A DNA stretch of 64,000 nt from Octopus sinensis (Eukaryota): contig NC_043011.1 in the NCBI RefSeq assembly GCF_006345805.1, forward strand, positions 57,424,464 to 57,488,463, read 5' to 3'. A program made the translations under genes and the position numbers. This document shows, piece after piece, positions 51,383-64,000 of this stretch. The notes beneath the pieces are model-generated. The model was not told where the DNA came from, did no database searches, and saw only the letters and a list, made by a program, of their open reading frames with translations. Positions within the stretch are counted from its first letter, which is position 1; each line of letters begins with the position of its first letter.

Positions 51383-52189
51383 TACACACACACATACACA
51401 CACACACACACACATTATATATATATAATATATATATATATACACGTACATACACACACACCTATATATTATATATTATATAATTATATAAGTATTATCT
51501 GCATAATATACTTATATATATATATATAAATATGTATGTATATACACACACATATATCTTTATATATTCATAACATACATATATACACACGTAAATACAC
51601 CTGATGAAATAGCTGCTGCAAGAAATTGCTACATTTGCTCTTTAATATCACACATAAATATTTATTTAATATTGGATTGATACTTAGTATATGGAACGAT
51701 AAGCTCTGAGAATGTTTGGTTATATTTCGTAACCTGAAGGAAGATAAAACATATTCTGTTGCGTTATGGTTGCAGGCAAGTGAATTTTTATTTATTTATT
51801 AATTTATTTATTTATGTATTTAATTATTGGTCTTATTCTGGAGTCGAAATATGGCTCGAAAACCATGAGAAATATGGAAATAATATTCATGGTTTTTCTG
51901 TATATTCGAAAATGTCTTTTAGATTTGTTGCTAACGAATCTGTGATAAAAATAAAGGCCGAACAGAAATGGCTTGGAAAGCTCCTTGCCTATCTGAAGAT
52001 AAACGCTTAACGTAGATTAACGCCGCTCGCTTCCTTACACAGGGCACATCACATAATCGAATCAGAAGGGGCTACAGAAATTTGCGATGCAATTTTAGCT
52101 AATCTAAATGGCCCTGGTTTCCGTACTGAATCAAGGCTTCCCATTCGAAAAGAAGGCAGAGTAGCTCGTTATGATTAGTATTATTATTA

Positions 52190-52620
52190 AGGCAGCGAGT
52201 TGGCAGGATCGATATCACAACAGGCAAAATGCTTTGCGGCGTTTCGTCTGACGTTACGTTCTCAGATCGAATTCCATCGAAACTGACTTTGCTTTTATGC
52301 AATCGGGGACGATAAGATAAATACCATTTGAACAGTGGGGCCGATGTAACCGATTCACCCACTCCCTGAAACTTGCTGGCCTGTGCCAAAATTTGATACC
52401 ATTATTATTAAGATGGCGAGCTAGCAGAATCATTAGGACGCCGAGGAAAATGCTTAGCAGCACCTCGCCTGTCTTACGTCCTGAGCTCAAATTTCGACAG
52501 GCTCATCCTTATGGGTGGGATAAAATATGTACCAGTCGACTACTCGGCTGCATGTAATTGAATTTTATCTTCTTTCAAAAACTTCGGTCCCTGTGCTGAA
52601 TTTGGAATCCATTATTATTA

Positions 52621-52678
<58 letters not shown>
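52190..52678 (+). mobile_element. Two head-to-tail degenerate SINE family A copies ending in (ATT)n
   Basis: Heads follow ATTATTATTAA at about 52190 and 52413, tails are of the GCCTGTGCCAAAATTTGA type, and (ATT)n occupies 52611-52678. Confidence 0.7.
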
Positions 52679-52679
<1 letters not shown>

Positions 52680-53287
52680 GAGAGAGCAGTGCATGCCATC
52701 AAAGTGACACTGGGGTAAAATATACGAAGCCCAGTATACCCATCATGACTACACTAGGCACATGCATCACAACCAAATGTGCGTGACATGGTGATCTCAT
52801 ACCAAGATAAACAGCACATGACCTTGCAGGTGGGGCCCAGTTAGAATTCTCTTCAGGTTGAGTAACCCATCCTGCTCAAAAGGTCCCTGAATAAGGATTG
52901 TTTAAGGATGTTGAACGAAACACCCATGTTGCCAGAGGTGAATCATTCAAACCCCAAAGAATCCCTCCCAACACATGGCTATGATGCTCTCCCACTACTT
53001 CTGCTTGTGATCAGAGATGCACATATCGTCAGCCACTAAGGGACATACTCAGCTTGTTAAGGTCAAACAACTGATAAGCAAATCTGTGGTATTGAGCAGA
53101 ATATTTGCTGGGCCCCACCTGCAGGGTCATGCGCTGTTTATCTTGATACAAGGTCACCATATCGCGCACATATGGTTGTGATGCATGTGCCTGATGTACT
53201 CTTATCAAACGGGTAGTCATGATGGGTATATTGGGCTCCGTATATTACCCCAGTGCCACTTTGATGGCATGCACTGCTCTTTCACTC
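52679..53287. mobile_element. Fold-back element with 160-180-bp inverted arms, each ending outward in an (AAT)n tail
   Basis: 52679-52840 (GAGAGCAGTGCATGCCATCAAAGTG...GGGGCCCAG) is the reverse complement of 53108-53287, around a unique core at 52841-53107. Confidence 0.85.
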
Positions 53288-53331
<44 letters not shown>

Positions 53332-53334
53332 TAA

Positions 53335-53700
53335 TCGCTTCTGTTAAAGGCACGAAGCCTGAAATTTGGGGGTGGCGGTGGGGACTAGTCGATTATATCG
53401 ACCCCAGTCTTTCACTGATACTTAATTCATCGACCCTGAAAGGTAAAATCGCACATTTTAGTACAAGGTTAGCAATTTTTAGAGCAGAGGCGGTCGACCC
53501 CCTCGACCTAGAGCTTGTCTGGTACATATCATATCCACCCCAATAGTGTCAAAAGTTAAGGTTGACCTCGGTCAACTTTTGCCTTTCCTCCACCTCTCTG
53601 TTTAATAAAAGAAATTAATCGTGAGATATTGAGGTCGCTGTAATCGACATCCTCCCTCCAACAATATTGCTGGCCTTGTGTCAAAATTTTGTAAGAATTA
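53335..53700 (-). mobile_element. Two degenerate SINE family A fragments
   Basis: GGCACGAAGCCTGAAATTT...ATCGACCCCAG...ATCGACCCTGAAAGG, and a second fragment at about 53570-53700. Confidence 0.55.
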
Positions 53701-53859
53701 TTATTTGCTTTAAGAATTCTTGGAGAATAATTCTTCTTATTCTTTGTAGATAACTGAAAAGATGTGCGTCTTGAAGTGTAACTGAAGAATAAAAGAAAGC
53801 ATTTATTAAAATTTTTTTCTCTCGTGAACACTTCCAGAACGGTAACAGATATATCTCTG

Positions 53860-53894
<35 letters not shown>

Positions 53895-53912
53895 TAGAGA
53901 GAGAGGAAGAGT

Positions 53913-53952
<40 letters not shown>

Positions 53953-55766
53953 AAGAAAGGAAAAAAACGGTTATTTGTTTTTCAGATATATTGAATATTA
54001 ATTTATTTCTTATATTTAAAAGTTGCAGTTATTTTCAGTATTAACTTTTATTTAACTTTTGTCTAGAAGTGGTTCCCAATAGCTACAAAGTCACCGAAAG
54101 TAAATGGAATGTAAAAACAGCGTAAGAAAACAAATCAAGGAAAAATAAAATAAAATAAAATGAAAAAAAAAAAAAGCAAAGCTAATTTTTTAATCATACA
54201 GTAAAACGTAAACATTTTATAAGGAGAAACAAATAATGTTTTTGACAGAAAACATTAATATTGGATTAGACATTCATAACGATACGGAAAACAACAACCA
54301 TAAACAAAAACAAAAACACACACTCGCATGAAAATTCATAGAACAAATGAACGAAGGGAAAATAATAACAGTTTTGCTTTTGTCTGTGCTGCGAACTTTA
54401 TGCAAATTTTGAATATGAGGAGACCTTTCGGCGGATCATTCACTTCGCAACATTTTGTAAAATTTTCTTTGCCAAATTTTCTTTTTGAAGAATGAAAATC
54501 TAAGGGACCTTTTTGTGAATCGTCAAATGTGTAACCGGTTTCTTCATATTCTCAAAGGAACAAGCAACAGAAGATCTGGTTGAAATGGGAAAAGATATGT
54601 GATCCGTAGAGAAAATATAAGGGATCTGTGTTGATACGTCGCATACCTGGCCAGAGAATGGTGCTATAGTGCTTGGATCAAAGAAACGCGCGGTTTTAAG
54701 ATCACTTGATAACATCATCGATGCATTGGTTTATCGTCACCTCTGTGAAACATTTCGGGAAATTAGTGAGGGCAGAGAACTGGCCTTGTATGTCATATGA
54801 TAGGTTTCCCGAGGTTTCATTGAACATACATGCTATAACGATCAGAGAAGATCACAGAAACAAACCGGAACGGTGTTGCGGAGTGTGTGAAGAACAATAG
54901 CTCGGGACTAGTGGGGCAAGATGTTCTAGACATAATGTGCGTGAAAATAAGGCCATCTAAGAGTTTCTTGTTCAGAAAAGTTACAGAAGTGGATTAAAGG
55001 AAAAAATCCGATTCAGCAGAAACATCGGCAAGTTCCACATGTTACTACTTCAAGATGAACTGCAAGTTGCACCACATTTTGCAGGTCCGAAAGAGACGAC
55101 GAAAACACTCATTTGGTCATCAGAACTGGTAGACTTTAGTAGGTATCCCCCCTACCCGCCCACAACTAGTACTGCCATCCTGTTGTCTTTGGACCACGAG
55201 AATATCAGAAAAAACCCCACTGTGGTGAGGCAAGTTGCTGAGTATGGTGGAAATGTCAGGAAAATAAATAAGACCCAAAAAAAGAAGTCGTTCTCTTGAG
55301 AATTATCCAGAATAGGTGAGCAGAGTACAACTGCAACGAGATATAATTGGACATAGCTAAGAAGAGTACCTCGTCCTGAGAAACTAAGACATTCAATCAA
55401 AGAACTGCTGGACTTCATAAGCGAAAATCTGTAGAAAAATCGGATAGAGAAGGTAGTGGTTCGTGAATAAATGAGGGTATTCTGGAGGGAAAAATTTAAC
55501 ATTGAAATACAGTAACGTAAAAGAAGGAAGCTGTAAAGCGAAAAAGGCGTACATTTCTACGTAAATTCTCCTTGGCTCAAATGTGAACCCAATTTGTTTT
55601 TTGAGGTGATTAAGAGTACGAACCGCAACGGAAAGAGGTTTCATCTTAGTATATCATAAAGTAGATGTACTGAGTAAGAAGATTAGATCAGAATACGATT
55701 TAGTTCTATCGAAAATTGCAAGAAGACAAAGTGAGAGACATTCAGGAAACTTAATCAGCAACGTCA

Positions 55767-56130
55767 GGAGGCGCAATGGCCCAGTGGTTAGGGCAGCGGA
55801 CTTGCTGTCGGATGATCGCGGTTTCGATTCCCAGACCAGGCGTTGTGTGTGTTTATTGAGCTAAAACACCTAAAGCTCCACGAGGCTCCAGCAGGGGGTG
55901 GTGGCGGCCCCTGTTGTGCTCTTTCGCTCCAACTTTCTCTCACTCTTTCTTCCTGCTTCTTGTCCCCGACTCCCTACGCAACCGCTGAACCTGGATGCGC
56001 ATTCATCCATCCGTCGATGCTCTCGGTGTCGGGGGTTGACCTGCTCTCTCTTCTGCGGGTCTTACGAATAGCAAAGGACCACGTTTTGGACTTCTCCCAA
56101 ATGCTCAACAAACAAACAAACAAACAAACA
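55767..56130 (+). mobile_element. SINE family C, full length, with (CAAA)n tail and 14-15-bp TSD
   Basis: A box TGGCCCAGTGG, B box GGTTTCGATTCC, and AATCAGCAACGTCAG at 55753-55767 and 56131-56145. Confidence 0.95.
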
Positions 56131-56885
56131 AATCAGCAACGTCAGTAATTTTGATTAAAAAACTCGAATCGTTAAAAATTTATAACTTTTTACTTCCAAG
56201 ATTTCACTCTATACTTAAACCCCTCTTTATATCAAATTCTTGTAAGATTTTCGATTTTATAAACTGCATAAAATATATCGGTAGAATGATTTCCGATATA
56301 TTCTTAATATGAGAAATACTTATACTCAAATGCCTGCATATTCTGTCATGTTTTTCCGAAACCACAAAATATAGAACAGAGGTCACTTTCACAAACACCA
56401 ACATCAATAATACACAAAGGGTTCACAGAGATGACCGAAGGAAGGTTTGAAAAAGGGATTACGATCATGCTTCCGGATTTAGACACATTGAAAGGGAAAT
56501 GGGAATACGTTATAAAATTTCATCTAACAATTTATTTATAAATGCTATTTATTTATTATTGATTAAAGATGTTGAATTTATCCGAAGAAAGTCTCTAAAA
56601 TCTTAGGTATTCAAAGCAGTGTATTTAATCATCAAATGTGAACAAGAGTCAGTCAATGTCCAGTGCTTGGATTTTATAGAAATATCACGTAAATGAAGAA
56701 TATATATGCAAATTCATATATGTTATATAAACCAATACGAACACATTCTCTCGCTCTCTCTCACACACACGCAAACACGCACACACAAGGTAGTTACACT
56801 CACCTGTGCTTCACAAGGTATATCCTCTTTTTATTATTCGCTTAAAGTACTAAACGAATCATTCAAACTCAAAGGGTGTTGATTA

Positions 56886-58631
56886 TACTGTATAACAAAT
56901 TTCAGGGTCAAGGAAAAAACACAGTTCTCATGTATATTTTATTATGAAGTTGATTGTGCTAAATTCGATTTTTATAACAAAAATTTCCCATCGCGTCACA
57001 TTTTCTTGTAAATTACCGACTTAATAATTCCGCAATTTATGCCAATTTGCACGATACCATAAATATATTTTGCTCCCAATGTAAGATTAAACATGTCCAT
57101 TGTAATTAATTCATAGATATATAATGAATCGGATTGTTTGTTAGCATTATATAATGTATTAACCTACATCTTAGTATTTGCTTCTTCGTTTAGAAGACGT
57201 CTCAAGTGTGTTACGCTTCGGGTCCCAGCAGAAGTCAGCCAGCGTAGCTGAGCTCCATTTTCTCTTATACCTGTTTTCCATTGACGCTATATCTTGATGG
57301 AATCTCTCTCATTGTTTATCACTCACATCTCCTGCATTCTCTGGGGAGAAGAACAGATGAGAATGAAGAAAGTGCATCTTCAGTGGCATATTGCATCCGA
57401 GATCTTGGTAGCACTTGATTAGGCTCTCCATTATACTCTCTCGCTTGGCTACTTGTTGATTTCCCAGAAATCCTATGCACACATCGTTCAATGTATACCA
57501 GGCCGCTGGTTCAGATTTATCCATTGTTGCCTCTAAGTCCTCATCAGCTGTAAGTTGACTAATCTGAGGGCCTTCGAATATGCCCTCTTTAACTTTGGCA
57601 TCACTTATTTTAGGGAAGATCGTCTTGAGGTACTGGAAACATGGCTCCTTATGTTGCTGCGCTTTGGTAAATAGCTTCATTTAGGCCTAGTTTTATGTGC
57701 AGTGGTGGTAAAATGATTTTCTCCTTCTTAACTAGTGGCTCATGATTTACATTATGGCATCCGGGCAACATAGTTTCCCGAGATGGCCATCCTGAACGTA
57801 CATAATGTTCTGATCTGGCCTTAATGTCACATAAACTCGGTGTATCCAGTTTGTAGCCCATTATTTAGGGCTACTACTTTCAAGTCCGCACAAATTAGTC
57901 ACTCTTGTCCCTTGTAAGCGAGGTTCTCATATGTCTCCCTTAAAATGACTGAGTGAGCAATTGGAACTAAAGGAATGGTGTTCCCAATGTGCAACAGAAT
58001 CGCTTTTCTGCTGTAAAAGTATGCCTCTATGAATAACCTCCGCTCATTTGTTCATAGATCAGCACAAGGGCATTGAATAGGTATCTGATATCATTACAAT
58101 AAGTCAAGTTGTTTTCGAAAGTGAAGGATTGCTGTAGATCTGCTGGACGCTTCATATATATACTGAAATTCGAGCATCTTTATCCAACAAGTTCCATTGT
58201 TTCAGACATGTGGCCAGGACTTCACTCTATTGCTTAGTAAGGGTTAGCTCACGAACTAGATCATTGAGTTCAGTTTGGATGAATAGGTGTGGTTTCTTGT
58301 CAGATTTACCACGGATTTGGGCCCATATAACTATAAAAGTATTGAGTGTATTTTTATGATTTTCATAGGACAGGTTGACAAATACCTTAGAAACACTCCG
58401 TTCAAATTATATCAAAATCTATTCTTAACTTTTAGAGTTATCACTTTTGGCTCAATCCTCTTTGCACTCAATTCTTACGGAACCGTCAGTGTATTTAACG
58501 TTAGTCTGATAGTAATTTACGAGAAACTGGAAGGTCACAGAAAAAAAGGATCTTATATTTGTGACCTACACACAAAATACCATTAGGAAAGGTTATTCTT
58601 ATTTCCTTTGTTTTCTCATTGTTATACAGTG
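56886..58631 (-). mobile_element. Chapaev3-type (CMC) transposon, internally deleted, both termini present
   Basis: TIRs TACTGTATAACAA (56886-56898) and TTGTTATACAGTG (58619-58631) match at 12/13, with TTA on both flanks (3-bp TWA TSD). Confidence 0.85.
57171..58300 (-). pseudogene. Chapaev3-type transposase, central and C-terminal part, disrupted
   Basis: Fragments read PHLFIQTELNDLVREL...LKQWNLL, HEPLVKKEKIILPPLHIKLGL, FPKISDAKVKEGIFEGPQI, FLGN, LGCNMPLKMHFLHSH and ERFHQDIASMENRY...LADFCW. Confidence 0.88.
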
Positions 58632-59201
58632 TTATAGTTAAATATGGGAGAAATAAAATGAAAACAAATATATGTATGTATATGTATGCGTGATGTGTGT
58701 TTGTATAATGTGAATAAATATATATTTATATATGTATATATGAACATATTTACATATGTATGTATGTGTGTGTGTATTTGTAGATCACATATAATGCGAC
58801 ACACATAATTTTGCCTTACTCTCGAATTATAGCACGCAAATAAAACTTAGGATTCTCTGCAGCTGATGGTGAATAATTGATAAACATGTTTTGTTTGAAA
58901 ATTCGTTTGGAGCGCTTACGTCACGTCTCAACAGCGAAGCCTACGAAAAATATGTTTATATCTTGAGAAAAATAAACGATTGCAAGACGGTACTCGTGGA
59001 AAGTCATTTTTATAATAGTTCCGTCTTTGACCGCTGAAAGCTGACAATATAGTTACTAGTGTAGACATGTTTTTAATCTCAGACACCGCTGGTTGTATCG
59101 TCACTTTGCAGTTGCTCTCAATAAATTACTGCGAGTCTTCATCGCTATACAGCACCTCGTAATATCATGCTACAGAGACTACTAATATATATATATTGCA
59201 A

Positions 59202-59431
59202 GGCGGTGAGCTGGCAGAATCGTTAGCAGGCCGGGTGAAATGCTTAGCAGTATTTCGTCTGCCGTTACGTTCTGGGTTCAAATTCCGCCGAGGTCGACTT
59301 TGCCTTTCATCCTTTCGGGGTCGATAAATTAAGTACCAGTTACGCACTGGGGTCGATGTAATCTACTTAATCCGTTTGTCTGTCTTTGTGTGTCCTCTCT
59401 GTGTTTAGCCCCTTGTGGGTAGTAAAGAAAT
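59202..59431 (+). mobile_element. SINE family A, full length, in (TA)n
   Basis: Head, core and type i tail are all present. Confidence 0.93.
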
Positions 59432-59440
59432 ATATATATA

Positions 59441-59473
<33 letters not shown>

Positions 59474-59649
59474 GATCAATAAATGGTGGGGTTGTGTTGA
59501 CCGCACGTGGAGAAATGATAAGCAAGGAAAAATTCTGCCTTTTTACAATTTTTCCTTGCTATATATATATATAATATATATATATAATATATATATAATA
59601 TATAAATCTACTGCTATATAGGATGAAATTTTTTATCTTGACTATTGGG

Positions 59650-59758
59650 TAATTATAACATATTTTACAGATATATATATATATATATATTAAGTATAGG
59701 AAAGAATGGAGCTGAACGAAGATTTAACAAAATTATATATATATATATATATACATAC

Positions 59759-59834
<76 letters not shown>

Positions 59835-59931
59835 CATATATATATATGTATATATATCTATACATACATATATATATGTATATATATATACACACACTCA
59901 CACACACATACACACACACACACACACACAC

Positions 59932-60020
<89 letters not shown>
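59650..60020. repeat. Compound TA/CA microsatellite field
   Basis: Read directly from the sequence. Confidence 0.9.
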
Positions 60021-60021
<1 letters not shown>

Positions 60022-60584
60022 ACATTAGTAGGCTGTGTCGTATACTCACAAATATAGTGAATAGTTTTTATTTTTATGTACTTCCTGCTTTTTTAATTGG
60101 CTAGTCCCTTTGATGAAAGTATGATGCATCTTTCCGACGTATATTTTTCCATAATGTTACCCAATTGGTTAGCGAGAAAACGCTTGGATATATTTTTAAG
60201 GCAGTCTAGAGCACTGTGATGTTAGTTTTGTCAGGGTATTATGTACCGATCCATATTTATATATGCTGAAAATAATTCCCCTGCATTAAGCGAGAATGTG
60301 TAGCGGGTCTTGTTTATGGGTTTATATTCAAAATTTATTTGTGAAGTTTAAGTACCAATCAAATAATGTTTCGCATCGGAATTCATATAAAGTTGCCGTT
60401 TTCACCGAGCAGATTCTTAACTTCGGCGCTTTATGTGCATATATCTATTTATTGCGAATATATTATACCTGTCATTTTACATATAACAAGGTTGCTGTTA
60501 TTTTCTCATGGAAAGAATGTTTGAGTTCCACATGAAGTAAGTTGTTTTTATCTTTCTCGTCAATATATATATATATATGTATAA

Positions 60585-60645
<61 letters not shown>

Positions 60646-61216
60646 GTGTGTGTGTGTGTGTGTGTAGATAAGTTTATTATATCTTTCATTGGTGAGAGAA
60701 TAATTCAAGAGTTTAAAAGCGATGGTGATGCCATCATCAGCAAACAGCGAATATTATTAATGCCTGCTATAAAATGGCCGCAACACGCATCAGCAGAAGA
60801 GAGTCCGTTTAGAGTTTAGAAACATTGATAGAACTAACAACTTTACAGTTCCCAGTAAACTGTAAATCGCTCACGAGGAAATATGACCAAAAAAACATCC
60901 CTAATATAAAGATGAACAAAGATACGTATTCTAGGAACGCAAACACAGGTTCAGAACATACGTTGGTGTAATATATGTGAGTGTGTGTATGTGTGTGTGT
61001 GTGTGTGTGTGTGTTCGTTTTCTGTCAAATGTAAACGATTTAGCATTAATCTAAAGGATTACTCAATACTTTATAGTAGCATATATATTCAAAGTTTGAC
61101 TGGGACGTCGAAGCTTTCGTTTGCTGGATTGTATCCTTTAATCACAGTATTCTCTCTCTCTCACTCTCTTATATATATATATATATATATATAGATATAT
61201 ATAGATATATATACAT

Positions 61217-61623
61217 ACTCTTTACTCTTTTACCTGTTTCAGTCATTTGACTGTGGCCATGCTGGAGCACCACCTTTAGTCGAGCAAATCGACCCCAGGA
61301 CTTATTCTTTGTAAGCCTAGTACTTATTACATCGGTCTATTTTTGCCGAACCGCTAAGTTACGGGGACGTAAACACACCAGCATCGGTTGTCAAGCGATG
61401 TTGGCGAGACAAGCACAGGCACACAAACACAATATATATATATATATTTACTTTTTCCAGTATATATATATATATATACATATACGACAGGCTTCTTTCA
61501 GTTTCCGTCTACCAAATCCACTCACAAGGCTTTGGTCGGCCCAAGGGTGTAGTAGAAGACATTTGCCCAAGGTGCCATATGGTTGGTAAGCAAGCGACTT
61601 ACCACACAGCCACTCCTGCGCCA
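61217..61623 (-). mobile_element. SINE family B, full length, with a deletion in the head
   Basis: Reverse complement of the 30062/44970 family. Confidence 0.9.
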
Positions 61624-62003
61624 TATATATATATATATATATATGGTGTTTTAAATTTATTTCACGGACTCCCTTTTGCGGATCCCAGATTGGGAACCAC
61701 TGGTTTAAATTCAACCGCTTCGCATACTGTCGATGATTCTTAGCCACTTTTGTCTTCCAAAAATTCTTTATATTTAATTTTAACACTTTTTGGGGCCCGT
61801 GATATAGTTGATTATAACGACCTCATTTCTGTTTTACGTTACATATTTTATCGACTCTGAAAGTGAAAAATCACATTTGGTTCTCGATTGAATTCGAACC
61901 TAGAAGGCTAAGTGTCACACCGAAATGCTGGAATTCGTTTTCTTGGATGCTCTACTAATTTTTCATCACTTGTATTCTAGAACCTATTTCCAATTGTAAT
62001 ATA

Positions 62004-62241
62004 TATAGTTTTATTTATTTACTACCCACAAGGGGTTAAACATAGAGGGGACAAACAAGGACAGACAAAGATATTAAGTCGATTACATCGACCCCAATGC
62101 GAAACTGGTATTTTATTTATCGACCCCGAAAGGATGAAAGGCAAAGTCGACCTCGGCGTAATTTGAACTCAGAACGTAACGAAATACCGCTAAGCCTTTC
62201 TCCCGGCGCGCTAACGTTTCTGCCAGCTCGCCGTCAATTTA
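62004..62241 (-). mobile_element. SINE family A, full length, with 13-bp TSD
   Basis: CAATTGTAATATA at 61991-62003 and 62242-62254. Confidence 0.92.
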
Positions 62242-64000
62242 CAATTGTAATATAATTCAAGTTAATTATAATGTTTTTTGTAAGTATTGTTCATCTTGAA
62301 TTACAATATTGATTGTGTCCTTCGATGTTTAGATGATGAGGCGAAATTTGACTAATTTTAGGCTGCCATTTCTGTCAACCCGTTCGACCGTATCTAATTG
62401 CTTTCTATGTATCTGCTTGTCTTCTTGTATGTATGAATGTATGAGTGAGTGAGTGTGGGTGTATGTGTGTGGGTATGTGTGTGTGAGTGTGAGTGCGTGT
62501 GTGCGAGTGAGTGATTGTAGGTGTATGTGTGTGAGTGATTGTGAGGGGATGGGTTCATGGGAGTGTGTGAATATGTGTACTTTACGTGTTGAAAGTTTGC
62601 GTAGTTCTTAAGATATTTTCTTATTTACTTTTATTGGTTTCCTTTAAATCTTTAATTTTAATGAAGTCTTAATTGTAGAAATTTTTTTATATAAATTAAT
62701 TGGATTCCTAATTAGAAAGACAGTTAATGTTTTTGAAAAAGTGGGAGTAGAATCAATGAAGCCGGCATCTGTAATATTTCTTGTTAATGATTCTATCGAC
62801 ATTGGATATGAAACTTATAGCTGGCCAAAGCCAGTAGTGATCTTGGAATTCTAAGACATTACTGTTTAGTTATATAAGTTCCAGCTTACATAGTTTCCTC
62901 TCAACCTGATAATGGTTTGAAAAGAGATCAATGTAAGGATTTTCCCCCCAATGCTGAACTCATCCTGGTCTTCGGAAAATTATTATCTAATAAATATTAA
63001 TTGCTATCAAGGAGCCAGTCCTTCGTTTTCCAGCCGTGATATACTACCATTGAAGATTTATAAATCCATATTGTGTCTTAATTCTGTGTTAGCAGTGCGA
63101 TATTCTCATTTTAAAGTTTAAAATTTAAATTTAAATTTAAAGTTTATTTGCTATACAATTCAGAGTCAGAGCCGTATTCGTATACGAAACGTCAGAACTT
63201 TCAGTACTGACCCTGAAATCTATAGAAAATCCGGAAAGAAAAATTAATAAGTGTTATAATATTGCTAACATCTGAAAGAATGTGTTTCTCTCCTATTCAC
63301 CTTTGGTAAATGGAACTTTGGCCAGAGGAATTTTGTGATCAGACGGTATTCAACAATCATTGGATGTTTCCACGCTGAACTATAGCTCTCCTCCGCTAGT
63401 GGTGTTAATGCAATGGCGGCCATATTTATATCCTCCTGGCTGCCATGTTTGTCTCTTCTATTCTTCACATAACCACCATTCTCCACTTCCTCTTGTTCCA
63501 TCGGTTGTACGCATTCTCCATAATGACTAGGCAGGGAATCCTCTACAGGAAACTTCGACAAGAATTAGTCCTGCTTGCCATCCCTAATCTCTAATTCTCA
63601 AAAAGCTTCTGGTGCTAGTGGCTCCCATCCAAAGCCTCGATCACAGTCTTCATCCCATGGGATTGTGAACTTGATCTAATATCAAACGAGTTCAGTCAAT
63701 TTGCTAAAAATAGCAGTTATGTTGTCATCAAATCACTCTGATATCAATAGGAAGGTTGTAGAAATACCAAAATAGAAATCACTAAAGCACGGAATGATTA
63801 CGCTGGAGATGCTTATGCTCAGGTTCGTCTGCTCGATCAGAGTTTACTTAAGACTAAACAATAGCAACAACAACAGCAGGAGCAACATCAATGATTCATT
63901 CTTCCTAGGCAAAGTTGTTTTTTTCCCACTAATTAATTGAGGAAGAAAATGCAGCATCAATAACGCATGATCCTTAATTTTTCAGGGTCCTCAAGTTTTG

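Noticed and set aside
54500-55300. Possible very old L1/Tx1 relic (IWLKWEKICDP; GPKETTKTLIW resembling zf-RVT)
   Set aside because: The motifs are too short and in different frames, so they cannot be supported without a profile search.
1102-61194. Many ORFs rich in YI, HT, CV, LSIY, poly-Y, poly-E/S/F or poly-I
   Set aside because: They are read-throughs of di-, tri- and tetranucleotide microsatellites, with no coding signal.
63160-63200. Hairpin CGTAT-TCGT-ATACG followed by AAACGTC, resembling half a hammerhead
   Set aside because: There is no CTGANGA upstream. The similar partial motifs at about 5750, 10122, 16410 and 40130 each lack one half of the core.
63265-63561. 98-aa minus-strand ORF, and similar unexplained ORFs at 36478-36720 and 48557-48832
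   Set aside because: There are no recognisable domains or splice context, and the lengths are within chance range.

Overview
This is an AT-rich, microsatellite-saturated eukaryotic window with a 100-N scaffold gap at 20605-20704. The repeat families look like those of an octopus (coleoid cephalopod); that assignment is inference from recognition, not from a search. No host protein-coding gene can be supported, and most entries in the ORF track are microsatellite read-throughs. The window is a transposable-element landscape. DNA transposons: a full-length but frameshifted mariner (perfect 27-bp TIRs, TA TSD), a mariner MITE, two Chapaev3-type copies (one with both TIRs and a TTA TSD) and a non-autonomous Helitron. 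Retroelements: fragments of R4/Dong-like, HERO-like, RTE and another RLE-type LINE, a Penelope-like (GIY-YIG) element, and many tRNA-derived SINEs of at least four families (labelled A-D here). The most interesting signal is the Penelope terminal repeat, seen in several pieces. It has the order tRNA-Ser-like Pol III head, (AAT)n, then a minimal hammerhead ribozyme. At 29.1-29.6 kb it forms a stand-alone fold-back element with two intact hammerhead cores on opposite strands. Other highlights are a second hammerhead-like motif at 42.37 kb, a two-family chimeric SINE bounded by one 16-bp TSD, a second tail-out fold-back element at 52.7-53.3 kb, and an apparently identical 692-bp tandem duplication. 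Boundaries of degenerate repeats are approximate (about +/-10-20 bp).
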